A stretch of 64,000 nt of DNA from Octopus vulgaris (lineage: Eukaryota). Position numbers and translations under genes: made by a program. The stretch spans positions 29,946,001 to 30,010,000 of the forward strand of contig OX597820.1 in the NCBI GenBank assembly GCA_951406725.2, read 5' to 3'. Below, piece by piece: positions 26,397-39,462 of the stretch (position 1 is its first letter; the number at the start of each line of letters is the position of its first letter). The notes beneath the pieces were generated by a model. That model was given only the letters and a program-made list of their open reading frames with translations. It was not told the origin of the DNA and did not search any database.

Positions 26397-26960
26397 CATA
26401 CATACATACATACTTACATACATACATACATACTTACATACATACATACACATAGACATCATCTCTTATTTTATAAATTTTTATATATGTATGTGCGTGT
26501 ATGTGTGTGTGTATGCATGTATGTGTTGCCTGTGTGTGTTTGTGTATATATCTGCATGTGATTGTGTATGTGCGTGTGTGTTATAGATAAGTATGTGTGC
26601 ATGCAAGGAGGGTACATACATGTATAAATGACGGGAAACGTAAGGTTAGACCGAAAAGTACATTGATCACGACACATGAGGATTATTTTGTGTATAGGCC
26701 GGCTGGCCAGTTGGGAGGCTGGCAGGTTGGCAGGTTGGCAGGCATTCAGGGAGACAGTGAGACAGTGAGACAGGGTGACAGTGAGACAAAAGAGTCAGGT
26801 TGGGAGAGGGAACTGGCAAAAAAGAAAACCGATTGAGATTAGAAATGGAAATATGTGTAAGCTGACAGACATGCACGGAGACAGGGGACAAAAAACCGAC
26901 TGTTTAGGTACGTACGTTGGTGGTTTACACGGAAACAGTGGTCGTGTGTGTGTGTGTGTG

Positions 26961-27002
<42 letters not shown>

Positions 27003-27203
27003 CGCGCGCGTGTGAGTGTGTGCGTCTATGTATATGCGTGTGTATGTGTGTGAGAGAGAGAGACGGAAGATGAGTGTGAGAGAGAGAGAGAGAGAGAGAG
27101 CAAGAGAACATGAGTGTGTGTGTGAGAGAGATAGAGGTATCGTGCATGTGTGTGTGTGTGTGTGTGTGTGTGTATGCGCGCGCGTGTGTGCGTATATCTA
27201 TGT

Positions 27204-27235
<32 letters not shown>

Positions 27236-28475
27236 CTGAAAATGCATGTGTGTAAAAGAGTAAGACATAAAGAGAGAGAGAGAAAGAAAGAGAGAGAGAA
27301 AGAAAGAGAGAGAGAAAAAGAGAGAGAGATTTTGTGTGTGTGTGTGTGTGTTATTGAGATAAAGAAAATGTTTGAGAGATTTCGTTTGAGTGAAGGAGAG
27401 AATATGTGTCTACATGAGAGAGGATGCGTGTGTTGAGAGAGAGAGAGGGAGAGAGCAAGAAAATGTTTCAGATAGAAAGAGAATGTGTATGACTGTAAGA
27501 AGAAGAGAGAGAATATGTGTATATGAGAGAGAGAGAGGGAGGTATGCAGATTGACTGAGAAAACAAGGAGCCCTTTATGTGGTTGTTTGGCTACTAGATA
27601 TCGTAGCAAACTCAGCCTTCTGAAACACACTAAAGTCATAGATACAGAATGCCTACCGATGAATAGAGCGCCTCTGGTCAGGGCTGACTTGTGGCTGGAT
27701 CAGAGCTGACTTACAAAAACATCAAGAACAGGAATCATAATAAACAAACAGAGGAAGCGAGAGTAGGGAACGAGAGACCGGCAGACAAACAGAAAGAAGA
27801 GGAGGACTGTTAGACATATTTGACAGAAAGATATACAAAGAGGCAGAGACAGGGAAACAGAGTGAAGGAGGTTGGCAGTTAATGACAGAGAGAGAAAGGT
27901 AAAGAAAGAGACACACAGAGAGAGAGAAACAGGGAAAAAGGTGGACTGTTAAACATGGAGGCAAACAGACAGACATGGGTGGAAGATGGGAAACAAAAAA
28001 AAAAGTGAAAGATACAAAATGAGTGACAGACAGACGATGACACGTGAGGGAGAAAAGGAAACAAAGACAAAGACAGTGGCAGTGATTGAGAAGGAAAGGG
28101 AGTTTATCAAGAAAGAGGAAGAGCGAGTGAGATGAAGAAAGAGGAGAGTAATACAAAGGAGAAAGGATGAGATATAAAAGAAGAGTGACTACGAGAAAAA
28201 AAAAAAAGGTTTCCGTGAGACAGCGACAGAGGCCAATGGAAGGATATAAAGCTGGCGGTTAGAGACGAATATAGAGACGCACGAAGTCGATGACTTTGCC
28301 GGTCCGCTTGGCGAAATGTCACTGAGAGGCTATTGCCATATATATCCGTATAAGGGATGACCACAAAGCGGACATCCCTTCTTATACGCATGTAATACAA
28401 CTATATGCTAGGACACTGGTTTTTTTAATTTGATGTTAATTAAATTAATATTCAATTTATCACCCTCTTTATTTA

Positions 28476-28539
<64 letters not shown>

Positions 28540-28720
28540 GTATGTATATATATATCTAAATATATATATATATATATACGTGTGAGCATATATATATGTA
28601 ATTATATGTATGTAAATATATGTGTGTATATATATATATGTATATACATATATACGTATATACTTATACACATACACACACAGGCATGCACACACATATA
28701 TGTCTTCCCCCCTCTCTCTT

Positions 28721-28756
<36 letters not shown>

Positions 28757-28928
28757 GAAAGATATAACGGAAAACCAGATGGATAGAAAGATGATAAACA
28801 GAGACTGATACAGAGACTGACAGACTGACAGAAAGATAAAAAAGATACACAAACAGGCGGACAGACAGACTGACAGGCAGACGAACGGACGGACGGACGG
28901 ACAGTCAGACTGATAGATAGATAAATAT

Positions 28929-28993
<65 letters not shown>

Positions 28994-28998
28994 CAGAC

Positions 28999-29151
<153 letters not shown>

Positions 29152-29464
29152 CGGAGTGACACAGACACGGAGTGATACAGACACGGAGTGACACAGACAC
29201 GGAGTGACACAGACACGAGAAAACGAAAGTGAAAGTTAGCGTGCTTGAAAGCGGAATTATATGAATAACTAAAATAAAGGTGAAAGAGAAAGTAGGAACG
29301 ACACGAAAGAGAAAGAAAGGTACGAGTTAGTGAGAAGTGATATTGATACTTTTGTTTTTTTTAATATCAAATGATCGTGTAGAACAATAAAGTGCAGGGT
29401 GTTTATCAGTAGAGAGGGAGAGAACGAGAGAGAGAGCGAGAGAGAGAGAGAGAACGAGAGAGAG

Positions 29465-29502
<38 letters not shown>

Positions 29503-30028
29503 TAGACGGGAGAAACGTTAATATTTTTAACAATAGCAAACTTTAACGAGGCTGATAGTGGGGCGGGGGATAAACAAAGCACACACATGTACACAGAAAA
29601 AATACATGTAAAATGGCTGATGGATTATGGGCAAATATTGAAAGGCTAAGAGAATAAGGGATGGTTGGGCAGGAAGGGCTGAACTTGAATGGTAAGTAGA
29701 CATGTATTTGATCTCATTAACGGTCGATCCCGTTTCCTTTGTGAGACTAGTGAAAGCTATAATGAGACATCCACATTAGAAATGGGTTTTGATTTAGTGC
29801 CTGAGGCGAATGTCAAGTTATATATATATGTACTCTTTTACTTGTTTCAGTCATCTGATTGCGGCCATGCTGGAGCACCACCTTAAAGAGTTTTAGTCGA
29901 AGAAATCGACCCCCAGGACTTATTCTTTGTAAGCTTAGTCCCCGTAACTAAACGGTTCTTCTGCCGAACCGTTTAGTTACGGTGACGTAAAAGTACCAAC
30001 ATCGGTTGTCAAGCGATGGTGGATACAC

Positions 30029-30081
<53 letters not shown>

Positions 30082-30086
<5 letters not shown>

Positions 30087-30572
30087 GCAAAAACGTTAGT
30101 TTTAAAATCTCTCTGAGATGATCGCAGTAGTTGTACTAACAAGTAATGTTTGTATCCACTTTACACGGCTGTTCCGTTCGAACGGACTTTATTGCAATTT
30201 TTTAACCCCAAGAAGACATCTCCTCTAGCTGGTTAACGATGCATACCTGCATTCGATATATTACGAGCAGGGAAGCGATGGGACCAGCATACCAATCTAG
30301 TTTCGGGCTATTTCTGCCCCTCTTCAGTACGGGACACTTCATCTGCTAGAGATTGCAGTAGTTCGCTTCAGCTCGCAATATATATATATATAAATTCAAG
30401 CAACAAACAGTCGCTGATTTTGCAACAAGTAAAAAAGCTAATTTTAAAATCTCTCTGAGAGATGAACACAGTAGTTGTACAAGCAAGTATTGTTCGTAGC
30501 GACTTCAACATGGCAGTTCCATGATTTTTTAACCCCAAGAGGACACCTCCTCTAGCTGATTAACGATGCTTC
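30082..30572 (-). mobile_element. PLE pseudo-LTR-like fragment with partial tandem duplication
   Basis: About 30082-30242 is repeated, diverged, at about 30432-30570, next to (CA)n/(TA)n. Contains a hammerhead. Confidence 0.55.
30284..30332 (-). ncRNA. Type I hammerhead ribozyme
   Basis: ccgta CTGAAGA g gggc-agaaata-gccc GAAA ctagattgg TA tgctgg. Confidence 0.65.
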
Positions 30573-31334
30573 TTTCATTTACCGTCTATTTCTACTATAG
30601 CCTCGAGCCGACCAAAGCCTTGTGAGTGGATTTGGCAGACAGAAACTGAAAGAAGTCCGTCGTGTGTGTGTTTGTACCCCCACCATCGCTTGACAACCGA
30701 TATTGGTGTGTTCACGTCCCCGTAACTTAGCGGTTCGACAAAAGAGAACAATAGAATAAGTACTAGTCTTATAAAGAATAAGTCATGAGCCGCAGTCAAA
30801 TGACTGAAAAAATAAAGGAATCAAACAATATATATATACATATACGGGCTTCTTTTAGTTTCCGTCTATCATATCCACTCACAAGGCATTGGTCGGCTCG
30901 TGGCTATAATAGAAGATACTTGCCCAAGGTACCACGCAGTCGGATTGGATCCGAAACCATGTCATTGGTTTGTTGTGACGAACTGCTAAAGCAAACATAC
31001 CAATTCCGTTCCTTAAGTAGCATAGGGAGAAATCCACACTCACAGACACGCTCGCGGATAAGCTCGCGCATTTGTGTGTGTATATATGAATACGTATTGT
31101 GTATATGTACACGTATATAGGCTTCTACACAATTTTCATCAACGAAATTCATTCACAAGGCATTGGTCAGTCCGGAGTGTATAGTTGAAGAGACTTGCTC
31201 TAGTGGTGTGCTGAGAAAAATAAGGAATCTTTAATTTTACTGATTCATAGGCATCAAGATATAATCATAACGTTTACAAGGCAATAGCAATTCAGTTTTA
31301 ATGTTTTAAATAGCAGAACACAAATGATGCTGTA

Positions 31335-31670
31335 GACTTCTTGTCTTGACTTGAGACAGCATTCACCCGGGGTGGGTTAAGCTGGCTTCATTCATCCTCA
31401 GTGCTGCATCTCTCACAAACGCCGACCAGACCTGGCGATTTGAGGCTAACAACCGCGTGATCTCCAGCCACTCCTTATTCCAGCGGCGAAAGCCGTAGAT
31501 ATGGGGGCCTAGGTTGGGTTCCAGCCTTGACTGTCATCAGCCAGGTTTTTCGTTGTCCACCACATCGCTTTCGCCAACTCTAAAGGGGAGCTGGGGCAAT
31601 TGCTTCGCAGATGACGAGGGCATGACCCAGCCAACGCAGACGTCTCGTTAGGATGACTATAATGGTTGGT
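31335..31670 (-). mobile_element. RTE-clade LINE 3' end
   Basis: RRLRWLGHAL and GQRKTW-like motifs, ending in short (CAAGT)-like tandem repeats. Confidence 0.65.
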
Positions 31671-31889
31671 AGTAGATGGGAATTATACCCAACTCTCAGT
31701 AAAATTTGAAAGTTTTTGTAAAGCTGGAAGTTTCTGGGTAAAGGTGAAAATGTTACGATATTTTCGTTCAATTATGTGTCCTATGTTGGTACAGGAACAG
31801 CCAATTAACTTATAGAATTTAGTGGTTCATTTCCCAATTTTGTAAACCGTGAATTGCATGAAGACTTAGTATAAAATTGACGACCGGAT

Positions 31890-32195
31890 CTATCAAAGGC
31901 GAAGTTCTTTGTGGTGAGGTCAAATCAACTGTTGTGATGGCGATCTATTGGGTGATAAACCTAACGGCCTAATTATTGCCGAGTGACATATATAAGATCT
32001 TAAAAAGAACTAGTTTCTTTGATGAAACATTGTGATCATTTTCGCTGGCTAAGCAAACGGTACATGCTCAAAGACTTCTAAGAAATGAAAGATGACATAA
32101 AACTTCTCATGAATGCCAAAGGAATTAGATGACCAAAAATGGTAGTGCTATTTAAATTGTGTAACTGCGGTGGCCGAGTTCGGCGTTGCTCATGT
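31890..32195 (+). pseudogene. Possible hAT transposase remnant
   Basis: RWLSK.YMLK.F.EMKDDIKLLM resembles the hAT RWLS motif. Heavily decayed. Confidence 0.4.
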
Positions 32196-32302
32196 TAATT
32201 TATACTCGAGTACTCGGTATATATCAGAGAGGAATTACAAGGTTGGTGAATAAGTTGCCCTATTCTGTGGCATGGAAGATGCACATATTTTACGAAAGAG
32301 AT

Positions 32303-32405
<103 letters not shown>

Positions 32406-32494
32406 CAGATAGATAGACAGACAGATAGATACAAATCGATCTATATATCTATCTACCTATCTATAGAGAGATAGACAAACAGACAGGGGTGGAG

Positions 32495-32535
<41 letters not shown>

Positions 32536-33249
32536 GTGAGTGAGAGAGTACTATACGTCTTCCGTGATTCTGGTTTACAAGGTATTGTTGTTGCTTTCTT
32601 AAGGTAGACTGAAATCAATTCCGACAAAGATTTATGCGCTGTTATGCGGATAAAAAAGCCCATAGAAAGGGAATATTATTTCAAAGATTATCACTTCTTT
32701 TACAGATTCTTTATCAAAACGTGACGATGTATCAACCGATAAACGGTTGGTGTCGGTTTACGCTCGTCTACACAATTGAGCATTGTCTGGTAGCGGTAGT
32801 GTTGTACTTACGGAGTGGTTAGCAGCAATCGAAAACGGGCAGTGACGAGCATGGCATGATCACCATGGTGTGTCGTATGAATAATGGCAGGACAGTTACA
32901 ACGAAAAGTATAGTGTTGTATACTACACTAATACCCGGCAGCAAACTTCCAAGTAGGTGGCCATTGCCTGATGATTTCGCTCAACGACGGGCCCCCTAAA
33001 GCTTTGTAAGGGGATTTGGTAGACAGAAACTGTATGTATACGTCTATGCATGTTTGTGTTTGTTTCCCACCACACTTTAGCAACTGTGATTGGTTTGTTA
33101 GGTTGCAGTAAATTAGCGGTTCTCAGCAAAAGAGACCGATAGAATAAATACCAGGTTTAAACAAGCTAGTACTGGGGTCAACAACGTCTCCTCCCACCCC
33201 CGTCCAATGACTGAAACAAGTAAAAGATGAAGGTAAAAGATATATATTT

Positions 33250-34560
33250 AAAAGTATGTTTAAAAAGAAATTCTTGATACAATCACAGATATTTGAAATT
33301 ATTTGGAAATGGACTTTCTTAGTCCAGAAATTATTAATGATATTTAAAAAAATATCTTAAAAGTAAAAATTATATGACACAAATCTTTCGGACGGAAGTT
33401 TCCGTATTGTTTAAGCTGTTTATAACTTTGCAAACACACTTGTTATAGGATAATTTGTATAGAGGAAGTTGGTTTTAGTAGCAGTGTTGACTATTTTCGG
33501 TTTAATTTTGGATTTAGAATGTCTGTAAAGTATCCTTGCTTTGCATTTCGTAGTCGAACATTTTATTCCCTTTATTTTGAAAAAAAAACTATTTGGAATT
33601 TTCCATTTGCACAAATGTCTAGAAGTTCATTAAGAAGAGATGAAAATATATGAGTTGTTCTTTTATGTACCCTAACGCAACGTATTATAGTATTTTAACA
33701 TGTATAAGGAAACCCCTAATTTGAGGTGTCAAAATTTGGAAAAACGGTTTTGTAAGGTATTATAATACTATCCTTGTATAAGAAATTCCCATATTTTTGA
33801 CAAGAAAGGATTCCTTGTACACGTTAAAATACGGTAATTTTGATTCCATTTGGTCGATATAATTCTCATTGCACAATGGGCTTGTGATACATAAATGAAT
33901 TTTTTTTTCTTCTTGTTTTGCAATTCTTATTCGCATTAACCTTCAATTCCTTCCTGTTCTTAAAGATTTTTGGTTTCGCCCTGTTCAATTATTTCGCACG
34001 GCAACGAAGGTCTCCGCGTTTTATCTCTATTATTTCTTCTTTGATGTGAATTTGGCCTTTGTTAAGAGCCTTTTTCAGATTCGGTGGTTGTCTTCGGATG
34101 TTGACATTTTGTGATTCTCTAACTGTTTTTCTGAGAGTTAATGATTGGTGTAGAACTGGAAAATATCTTTAGGCCAAATCTAAATAAGATGTTATTGTTT
34201 TTAGGATGCGTGTTTACATCTACCGAAAACACATAACATCCTGGTACAAATAGGGTATTTACTGGGATATAGACTTAGTATATCGCCTTGTTTAACACCT
34301 TTACATGACCTTTGTGAGTCTTTTGGTAGGGTTCATTTTGTTGGCGCAAGAATTCTAGCCAAATTTCACATATGACAATTACTACTGTTTTTCCTCTCAG
34401 TAATTCCAGAAACATTGAAAAGGGTCACAGATGCTGCCTTTATTTCTCTTGTTAAGGAATATAAAAATGTATAAAATGCCTAACATTGAAATTCTCTACC
34501 AAGACAAATTCCTGAGTTTCTCTGTTATTATAATAAATGGTAAAAAGGTTTTTTTTAATA
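33250..34560 (-). mobile_element. Decayed Penelope-like element (thumb to GIY-YIG)
   Basis: Minus-strand remnants RRQPPNLKRLLTKAKF, FIYV...CNENYI, ILNPKLN. Many frameshifts. Confidence 0.6.
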
Positions 34561-35091
34561 AAATTCTCTCTATATATATATATCTCAATCACTCTCTCTA
34601 TCTCATCATCATCCCTCTGTTTCTCTCTACATCTATTTCAAATACATTTGCACAATCATGTGAGCCAAGCGCACACTGGCACATAGTCATACATATACTA
34701 CACTCCACCACACATACACAGTAAACACACGCAAGTACACACATGCAAATACACACTCGCACACACGACTGCGCTGGTGCCCAGAATTACAGACCTACTT
34801 GCAACCATACACACAATCTCTCTCACAAACGCAGAATCGAACGCACAGATTTCTGGGTGCGCGCGCTATTGTGTGAGTACGAATGTGCATTTGTATGCGT
34901 GGTTGTGCTTGTGATTGATTGTGCATGTGTTGTAGTATGTGTATGATTGTGTACCGGTGCGTGTGTTTGGGTGCATGAGTGGGCATGTGTATGTGTGCTC
35001 CACAAAGAGAGATATAGAGAAAAAGAGAGAGAAATAGAGAAATGAAGATTTCTCCCCCCTCTCTCTCTCTATATATATATATACACATATA

Positions 35092-35535
35092 TGCAGGAAT
35101 GGCTGTGTGGTAAGTAGCTTGCTTCCCAACGACATAATTGCGGGTTCAGTCCTACAACGAGGCAACTTGGGCAAGTGTCTTCTACTATAGCTTCGGTACG
35201 ACCAAAACCTTGTGATTGGATTTGGTAGACGGAAACTGAAAGAAGACCGTCGTATATATATGTGTGTGTGTATGTGTGTGTGTGTGTGTGTGTCTGTGTG
35301 TCTGTGTGTCTGTGTGTCTGTGTGTTTCTGTGTCTGTGTCTGTGTTTGCACCCTCTAAATCGCTTGACAACAGATGTTGGTGTGTTTACGTCCCCGTAAC
35401 TTAGCAAAAGAAACCGATAGAATAAGTACAAAGAATAAGTCCTGGGGTCGATTTGTTCGACTAAAGGCGGTGCTCCAGCATGGCCGCAGTCAAATTTCTG
35501 AAACAAATTTTTTAAAATAATGAAAGAATAAAAGA
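35092..35535 (+). mobile_element. SINE family A
   Basis: Homology to the family consensus. Confidence 0.88.
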
Positions 35536-35649
35536 ATATCATATATATAAATAAGGTTAATCCAAACGGGAAAACAGAAAAAACAACAACACGTGGAACA
35601 ATTACAGTATTATTATTATTAGGCGCTCAGGAAAATGGAAGAAGGAGGG

Positions 35650-35684
35650 TATGACGTTTCGAGCGGAGCTCTTCGTCGGAAACA
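35650..35684 (-). ncRNA. Degenerate type I hammerhead, same family as 40070-40104
   Basis: ttt CCGACGA a gagc-tcc-gctc GAAA cg TC ata (U4 changed to C). Confidence 0.5.
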
Positions 35685-35856
35685 TAGGAGAAAGAAAGAT
35701 CCCGAGACGGGAGGACAGAGGAAAAAAAAATTGCAGGTCGTCTTCACGAGGTCACATACTGAAAAGACGGAAGTAGTAAAAAAGGAGGAAAATGTTTTTA
35801 AAAACAGGAGAGCTGAATCAAAGAGGGAATGGTAAAAAAGGTGTGACAGTAACGGT

Positions 35857-35919
<63 letters not shown>

Positions 35920-35925
35920 TAACGG

Positions 35926-35974
<49 letters not shown>

Positions 35975-36061
35975 CCGTTACTGTCTCCAAAAAAAGATTT
36001 TTCGTTTCATGTTCGTCTCTGTTCCGTTGCATTCTTTCCTTCTGTGGCTGGCTAATTCAGA

Positions 36062-36129
36062 GCGGATCTCAGAATTAAACAACCGAAATCTGCGATGAGG
36101 GATCAGTTTCTGACTGAAGAATGAAGGCT
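36062..36129 (+). ncRNA. Rearranged (non-circularly permuted) hammerhead candidate, variant 2
   Basis: gcggAT C tcagaa ttaaac aacc GAAA tctgc ... ttctga CTGAAGA atgaa ggct. Confidence 0.7.
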
Positions 36130-36197
36130 TTGAATGACCCGTTTGTCTTTTTGTTCGTCCCTTCGTGTATTTCATGTTATTTATTTATGTAAAGGTT

Positions 36198-36237
<40 letters not shown>

Positions 36238-36351
36238 CATAAGGGACTAAAGCCATCTGAATATGGCTAGGGACAGGGCAGGGTGGTGGGGGTGTTACTG
36301 TTGCATTTAGCCCCAGGCGAACATCGACGTCACCAGAAAGGCTCGACACCG

Positions 36352-36421
<70 letters not shown>

Positions 36422-37036
36422 GGGGAAGAGGCAGTGCTTGTGTGTTTGCACATGCAAGCAGCCGCTCCTACAGAGACGCACACACACGATCCAGCAATCA
36501 ATATTTGTACGTCAGAAAAGGTTTAGCATGAGAACGGAGTCACAGAGTAAAAGCAAGTCTTATCATTGTTACCGATCCTAAATAATTGGCTAATCCTTTC
36601 TAGCGTTCCTGATTTCTTAGATTATATTCTTCTTCTTGATCTTCTTGTTTCTCCCCTTCGTTTTTCTTCTTCTTCCAACTCATAGGCAGATTTCTTCTCT
36701 ACACTTTGATGTTTACCTCTTTCACCGCCGCCATTTTCTCGTACGTTAAGCCTGTTTCAGCAAAATACATTGTGCTTACGTACGTACGTACGTGCGTATG
36801 TACGTATGTGCGTATGTACGTACGTACGTATGTATGTATGTATGTATGTATGTATGTATGTATGTATGTATGTATGTACGTACGTATGTATGTGTATGTA
36901 TATATGTATGCATGTATGTATGTATGTATGCATGTATGTATGCATGTATGCGTATGTATGTATGTATGTATGTATGTATGTATGCATGCATGCATGTATG
37001 TATGTATGTATGTATGTACGCATGTATGTACGTATG

Positions 37037-37067
<31 letters not shown>

Positions 37068-37596
37068 GTGTGTATATATGTAGGTACGTATATGTGTGTG
37101 AATGTGTGTGTATATATATGTATATACACACACACACATATATATATATACATGCATATATTTACTCTCTCTCTCCCTCTCTATCTCTCTCTCTCTTTCT
37201 CTCCTCCCGCCCTTTATACCGCTACAATAGGGTTTTTGTCTTCTTTTACCTTTTTACCACTAAGCTAGCTGCAAATTATTTCTCTCTGCCCAGACCCATT
37301 GCACATAGCCGTTTCTTCTCCTATAATCACCTGAACTTAGCATCTCCATCGTTCCCTTCAGATCTCGTGCACTAAAATGCCTCAAAACTTTCCTTCTTTA
37401 CCGGAACCACATCCCCCTCGGAATTCCATCCGCACCATTCATTCATTCGGGTTTTCCCCTGCAGATATTGACTTAATGATATTCAAATCGATCATGGAAC
37501 GGATCAATGTATCAACGAATAATTGATGGCCTATCCATGCTATTGATACACACACACACATGCACACGCACACACACACGCACACACACATATGTA

Positions 37597-37644
<48 letters not shown>

Positions 37645-37686
37645 AGCAGAGAGAGAAAGAGAGAGAGAGAGAATGAGAGAGAGAGA

Positions 37687-38055
37687 GGTGCAGGAGTGGT
37701 TGTGTGATAAGAAACTTGCTTCCCAACCACATGGTTCCGGGTTCAGGTCGACTGCGTGGCACCTTGGGCAATTGTCTTCTACTATAGCCTCGCGCCGACC
37801 AAAGCCGTGTGAGTGGATTTGGTAAACAGAAACTGAAAGAAGCCCGTCGTGTGTGTGTGTATTTGTGTGTCTGTGTTTGTCCCCCCACCATCGCTTGACA
37901 ACAGATGTGGGTGTGTTGACGTTCTCGTAACTTAGCGGTTCGTCAAAAAAACCGATAGAATAAGTACCAGGCTGAAAAAATAAGTACTAAAAATTCAAGG
38001 TGGTGCCCCAGCATGGCCGCAGTGTAATTACTGAAACATATAAAAGACAAAAGAC
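37687..38055 (+). mobile_element. SINE family A
   Basis: Homology to the family consensus. Confidence 0.88.
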
Positions 38056-38142
38056 ATATATAGCATGTATGTATAAAGGGCTAATGTTGAAAAACAAAAA
38101 AAAAAAGATCTTTCGGATCTTTACGGGAGAATGAAATCATAT

Positions 38143-38222
<80 letters not shown>

Positions 38223-38442
38223 TGTATGTGTGTGCGTGGGTATATATATATATATATAATGATGTGTGTGAGTGAGTGCGTGCGTGCGTTGGCGTGTACA
38301 AGCATGTGCATGGGTGTGTATGTATGTATGTATGTATGTATATATATATATGCATTCGATCCTTCTTCCAGGAAATCTACGCTTCCAGCTTAGTTTTTCT
38401 AATGCTCGTTGCTTAGTTTTTCTTGGAGGGCTGGCCGTGATC

Positions 38443-38510
38443 TGGTAATCTCAAGATTAATCAGCCGAAATTACTACGATGATCCGGTTCTTGACTGAAG
38501 ACTGAGGGTT
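38443..38510 (+). ncRNA. Rearranged (non-circularly permuted) hammerhead candidate, variant 1
   Basis: tggtaAT C tcaaga ttaatc agcc GAAA ttacta ... tcttga CTGAAGA ctgag ggtt. Confidence 0.75.
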
Positions 38511-38899
38511 TCGAATGTCCTGTCCGTGTTTATTGTATCGTCTTCTAAGAGTTATACGTTCTTGTCCATGTTGTATTTTTCTTCATACCTTAACATATAT
38601 TCCAGGCGCCCCGTACCCCCTTAACATTAATGTGAGCACATATTCTTAATAATTGGTACGACTCTCTGTTTGTCTCTCTCTCTCTCTCATTTTTACTTGA
38701 TCTGTCCCCCTCTCTCTCTTTTCTCTCTACTCATCCTCTTTTTCTCTTCTCTTTCCTCTGATTCTTTGGTCTAGTCTTCCACTACCCTCCTATTTCTTTG
38801 TCTCGCTCTGCACTCACAGGTCATTCTTCGACACCCATCCCTTCTCCTCTCTGATTCCTTCTTTCTCTCTCTTCTCTCTCTTTGTTGCGTTTGTCCCTC

Positions 38900-38940
<41 letters not shown>

Positions 38941-39315
38941 TCCTTTGCTTCTCTTTCTTTTCTTTTCCCTCTTCTCTGTCACGTGACTGTTGGCCGAAAT
39001 CTGCCTTTCAGCTCCTGACCCTCGTCGTGTTAACATCGTTGTTTTTCGTCCGCCGCTATAAAGGCTTCTTCCAATGCGCCAGAGAAAAAATTTGTTTGCT
39101 TGTTATCAGTCGTAAGACACTTGTTGTTTTCACCGTTAATGCTTCTGTATTTCATGTTTCTGTATTCCATTATTGTTTTTTGTTTTTTTTATATCTGTCC
39201 CTTTTGCTGTCCTGGTGTTCGTATGCATTCGATCCTTCTTCCAGGAAATCTACGCTTCCAGCTTAGTTTTTCTAATGCTCGTTGCTTAGTTTTTCTTGGA
39301 GGGCTGGCCGTGATC

Positions 39316-39383
39316 TGGTAATCTCAAGATTAATCAGCCGAAATTACTACGATGATCCGGTTCTTGACTGAAGACTGAGGGTT
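39316..39383 (+). ncRNA. Rearranged hammerhead candidate, identical copy in the second direct repeat
   Basis: Identical to 38443-38510. Confidence 0.75.
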
Positions 39384-39462
39384 TCGAATGTCCTGTCCGT
39401 GTTTATTGTATCGTCTTCTAAGAGTTATACGTTCTTGTCCATGTTGTATTTTTCTACATACC

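Noticed and set aside
33375-33420. Hammerhead-like remnant downstream of the decayed PLE (stem acgga/tccgt plus GAAA, minus strand)
   Set aside because: The core and stem I are too degraded to call.
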